Of a DNA stretch of 64,000 nt, positions 59,103 to 64,000 are shown piece by piece (the stretch's first letter is position 1; every line of letters starts with the position of its first letter). A program made the translations under genes and the position numbers. The notes beneath the pieces are model-generated. The model had not been told where the DNA came from, made no database searches, and saw only the letters and a program-made list of their open reading frames with translations. The DNA lies in assembly GCF_009914755.1 (NCBI RefSeq), contig NC_060934.1; one strand, given 5' to 3'. This DNA comes from the human T2T-CHM13v2.0 reference genome, Homo sapiens.

Positions 59103-61287
59103 TGGTTAACAGTAAGTACGGCAGGGTTCTCCTCTTATGCCAACAAAAATCTCCCCAGCTAACAGTTGAAATTCCACTGGGTTTGGAATAGTGAGAGGGA
59201 AAGAAAAACAGTTATAATATAGAAGGCTTGAAGTCCTAATGTCTAATTAAAGAAAATGCTGTAATGTGAATAATCATTTCAGAAGGAATATTTTAAAGTC
59301 AATCACCCATTTAAAAGGATAATTAATGAGTTTTTTTGGTGTTTTGGCTCAAAGAGGGCCAGCTGAAGTGAAAAAAAAAAGTAGGTTATGAAGATAACAG
59401 TATTTGGGGTGGATTTTGAAAAATAAATTGCATTCCAGTGTGGGTTGGCAGAGGAAGATCGTAGGCCAAGAAGATTGCGGAGGCAGAAGACAATTTGTAT
59501 TACTTTATAAATTTGGACATTGCATACCTTCAATTAGCCACAGCAACCAATAGTTATGCAGGTGGGGATTCTTCCTATGGAGCTGCAGATGCAGCCATAT
59601 CTTCCATGACACTTTTTATTCTTCTGATTTAAAGCCCTAATTCAAAAGTTTATGGAAGCTGTTCACAAATGTCATAATGTTAATTACTGAGAATTTTGAG
59701 CTAGCCAACTAGATAAGCTTGATTATTTGACCTAGTAACATATTTATCTGATAGTAACATAGTTATCTTTCTAGTAACTTAACCAAATCCAGGCATGTCT
59801 TTCTATTTTTGCAATGAGAAGTTTGATGGGGTGTAATACACGATGGTAGCAATAATTCATATTTCTTGATTGTGTCTCTAATTGTATTGGTTAATACATA
59901 AATCAATAAATGAACTATTCTGAAAATTTAATACATGCAAAGAACTGGACACTAGGAACACATTATTAATGTGGAGGAGGTAAATGTACTTGTAAAAAGT
60001 TTAACGGACACATCAACTCACCTAGAAGATACAAAATTTGTAACTACTGGCAAGCAAAGATGAGGCTTAGGCAATTTAAAGCTGTTTTCTGGAGAAACAG
60101 ACAAGAAAAGGATGTTTTGGCATTAAGTATTTCACAGATAGTTGCGGTTAAATGGGGGCTCCAAACTGGGTTTTGAGAAAGGATAAAGTTTAAATTTATA
60201 GAAGATGTTTGCGAATTGGGAGGAAAATAATTAACACTGTGTACCTAAGGCATTAAACTGTATTTATATCAGTGGGACCCCAGTTAAACTAGATTGGAAA
60301 TTGTGTGCAAGTGAGGAGAAGAAATTAAGGTTGAAACCGTATATAGGTACCTGACTGTGGAGGTTTTTGAAAGCAAGTATATACTCAGTTATTAATGGGC
60401 TCTTTAAGATTTTTTTCTAGTAAGCTGGACAAAAGTATTATTTTACAAAAAATATTTTGGAAGCAGTGTGAGAGATAAAATGGATAGACATTAAACGTGA
60501 GATGTGGAGATCAGTATTATTCATTCAAACTACAGTTGACAAGAGAGTGAATTAGATTGTTGGAAGTGGGAACTGAAAAGAGCAGATGTGGGCTTTAGTA
60601 TTTTTACTAGAAATGTTTCTCTTTATCATTTACCCCAACCTGTGAAAAGTTCATAACTAGGTCCACCTCATGCTCAAACTTTAGATTTAACACTGAGGTT
60701 GCCAAATAGTCAGATATTATAAAGTTCTTTTATACTACAGGTATTAGGAATTATGACAGCAACCACAGTTGAGATTTTCTAGAGTTAATCATATCCAGAC
60801 CACAATTTGCTCCAGCCCAGGTCTCTGGCCCCTGCGATTTCCATCATATGTGCATCCATGTCCAATTAGTACTTCTTCCTTTGTTAGAAAACAAGAAAAT
60901 CACTTTTTAATGGGAATTTTGTCTACTCTGAGTAATGGTTTTTGCATGAATGCTAACAATATGATATACTTTCTTGATAGATTAGGGAAAGATAAAAGTT
61001 ATTGAGCCACTGATTTCTACCAACAGTAAGCTCGGAATTTATTAATTTATTCCTTGAATGCACCAGTGCAGCCTCTAAGCTCAGTTTCAGGGTAACTTTT
61101 TATTAGCCTTTGTTCTTTCATGCTGGCAGTTTCTCCACATCTCAGTGTTTTCAGTTCAAGAGCTGTGACACCCACGAGTCAGATTGGAAACTGGGGAATT
61201 AGGTTGGGTCCTGTTACTCATCGAAATATTATTAAAATTTTGCTGCACAGAAAAAGGATAGGAAAGAAGGAAAAAAAGGAAAAAATT

Positions 61288-61514
61288 GGCTGGGCATGGT
61301 GGCTCACACCTGTAATTCCAGCACTTTGGGAGGCTGAGGTGGGGTGGATGACCTGAGGTCAGGAGTTCGAGACCAGCCTGAGCAACATGGCAAAACCCCA
61401 TCGCTACTAAAAATACAAAAATTAGCCGAGCGTGGTGGCACATGCCTGTATTCACAGCTACTAGGGATGCTGAGGCAAGAGAATCGCAACACTGCGAGAC
61501 CCTGTCTGAAAAAC
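61288..61514 (+). mobile_element. Old Alu (AluJb/Sz-like) with ~65-bp right-arm deletion
   Basis: GAGAATCGC joined directly to AACACTGCGAGACCCTGTCT. Confidence 0.9.
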
Positions 61515-62961
61515 AAGAGGGGAGGTGGGGTGGGAAAGAAAGAACAAAAGTAAGAAGGGGGAAAAGAGGGAAGTAGGAATCTGGTATAACTTCAAGTCAG
61601 GATTTTTATTTGATTAAAAATTAAAAATAACCCACATACAAAATCCTCTATAAAGAGAATTTGCAATGGAAGAGGGTTGGTGGTTCTTAGAATAACTCAT
61701 TAGCATTTCCTAAAGTGAATGTTTTTATCAAAAAGGAAAGGTTTTGAATTATGATTCCTACTTCCTTTGGAAGTTTCCTGATGTCTGAGATGTATGAGAC
61801 TTCCAAAAGCCTTCATAAGTCAGGGGATGCATGTATTCCCATAACATGTTCAACTTTAGGAGTAATTTCTTCTGCATAAATCACATGGAAATTATCCACA
61901 TGGGTTTCAAACCTTGCAGGACACTCTGATTTCTGAAAAGACTTTATACACATATGTTGACAAGAGACAACCCAAGTTTCCAAAACTTAAACAAGAAAAA
62001 ATCTAAAATTGTCAAGGGCAGCAGAGGTCCTCAGCTATTATTCTCTTTCCAAAGAATATGTACAACTTACGTGATGCAATGTGGAATTGAAAATTAGGTT
62101 GTGTTCTTATTTCATAAAGAGTGATGAAATCTCACTAGGTGTTGAATATACTTTCCAGAATAATGTAGAAATGTCCATTCTTATAAAAAGAGAAAGTTAC
62201 AATTATTTCTGAAGCACAACAAAACATTTTCCTTTATGTTAAACATATGGAACTTTTGTTATGGTAAACATATAAACTTTTATTTTCTTTCGTATCTCTA
62301 TTTTAGTGAGATACTTAAAAGTATACTTATTGTACTAAAAATATAGTTTAATGATTCAATTTCTAAGTTACATTTTTATTTCAATAATGCAAATCTCTTT
62401 TCAGGAAATTCTGAATATGTTGCAGGACATTTGAATTCTCACTTAAATAACTGATATTTTAATTATTATGAATCCTATTTCCAAAGGATGGGTGTTTCTT
62501 TCGTTGACATTTTTATATTTTGTTCTTAAAATATCAAATAAGTAAAATTATATAAATAAAATTGATAAGATAAATTTTTATAAACTATATACCCAAGGGA
62601 TATTTACTTTATGGTTCAATGTGAATTGTATTTCTAAATATGACTGACTATTCAACATTTAAAATTGCACTAAATTATTAAAATGGGGATGATCTTATTT
62701 TAGAGAAAGAAGAATGAGTACATTTGTAATTATTATTGGAGAAATAAATTAATAGAGAGATAAATTGAATGGTTTTATATGTTTTCTAATCCAAGATAAT
62801 ACATACTGATTCTTTTAACAAAAATATTTATTAAACATAAAATGATAACAGACAACGCAAAATAGATACTGTAGTTTGGGGAAGGAAAGGCTTACAATAA
62901 CCAAAAATACATGAGAATGTAGCCTGGAATGGACCCATTGGCTTCCTTCTTAGGTACTCAC

Positions 62962-63057
62962 AGGCAGACACCATCTTGCCGCATTTACAAGACTTGCCAG
63001 AAATCAAGGTTCTCTGCATTCCTTAAAGGTGGGTTCCTAGTAACTGAGCTTCTGAAG
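62962..63057 (-). ncRNA. Candidate 96-nt exon (non-coding or 5' UTR; unverified)
   Basis: Minus strand acceptor CATTCTGATGTTTTTCATCAG| and donor CCT|GTGAGTA; GC-richer than its AT-rich flanks; stops in all three read-through frames. Confidence 0.4.
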
Positions 63058-64000
63058 CTGATGAAAAACATCAGAATGACAATTTGTTAATTTATAACTT
63101 AGAGTCTCTCTGCAATAGAGATCATGTATTGTCTCCCTGTAGGCAAATTAGCACAGAAAATCAAATTTTATTCAGAATGTTATTTGATGGGTATGCGATT
63201 GAAACAGAATATTGTTGTTTGATTCAAACATTTAATGCTATTAGACATGTATTCCAAAATAAACCACCTGCCAAATGTCCTAAATTATGAATTGCTTGGC
63301 AAGAACTTGCTCTCATATGTAGAATATTCAGATTTTCTGTGCAAATTATCATTTTCGTGATTGTCTTTTTACCTGTTTTGTTGGATGAAATAAAGACTTT
63401 CTGAATGACACTTTATTTTTGAAAGGAGTTTAATATTTTCACATTATAGTCTATAGTGTGTTAGGTATATCTGTGTTTGAATATCTAGGGGAGAATTTAT
63501 TTCCAATTTGCAAGAAAAAAATGTCAATGTGGTACCCATATTCTAGCGATAATATAAAACGCAAGAAATTCACATGGACAGTGGACAGGAGAATGAGAAA
63601 ACAAATATAAAGTAAACAAATTTTGATTCAAGAATTCCATAATACTTGTGAATATATATTTGTTAAATTTTTAAAAAACTATATTTTCCACATGAATTAC
63701 AATTTTTAAATATTATTTAGAAAATAAGAGAAACACTACAAAATAGAATAGGAAACATTTTAAATTTAAATATCAACATCACTGCTGCTATTATTCTTAA
63801 CCTTCCCTAGCTTTCCTCCTTACCTATCTTTCTTCTAAATCCATGCCTCCAAACAGTATGTTGGGTCAATTTCCCTCTCTATCTCTCTTTAGAATTTTTG
63901 TCTATATTCTTTTCTTTCAAAACCACAAGGCCCATCTCTCCCATCACTTCATCATCCCATCACTCATTTCTAAAAATAAGTGTTTTGTTCAAATATATTA

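Noticed and set aside
62831-63019. 62-aa ORF MQRTLISGKSCKCGKMVSA... as a coding first exon
   Set aside because: No recognisable protein; splicing to the next candidate exon (57785) reaches a stop within about 10 codons

Overview
AT-rich, repeat-dense primate (hominoid, probably human) genomic DNA, either intergenic or deep intronic. I find no credible host protein-coding gene. Every long ORF in the track is transposon-derived: L1 ORF1/ORF2, the THE1 internal ORF, GC-rich LTR12 frames or Alu frames. Main elements: a nested ancient L1M block (3.3-9.0 kb), two MER4-group solo LTRs, a solo LTR12C (9819-11308, minus strand, ATAG TSD), several MaLR LTRs, a twin-primed inverted L1, a 5.8-kb L1PA5-like element (minus strand), a complete THE1C provirus (47218-49517), 14 Alus including a young AluYe-type copy, hAT/Tigger DNA transposon fossils, MIR and L2 remnants. 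Most interesting observations: (i) the LTR12C keeps its NF-Y array and CpGs but has an altered TATA-like box and a splice donor just outside its 3' end; (ii) candidate non-coding exons, mostly on the minus strand; (iii) three short, same-orientation copies whose apparent source lies 1.4-1.9 kb away, suggesting templated insertions; (iv) a perfect 29-bp palindrome. I cannot support a claim of a wholly new biological system. Subfamily names are recalled from consensus sequences and were not checked with RepeatMasker/Dfam.
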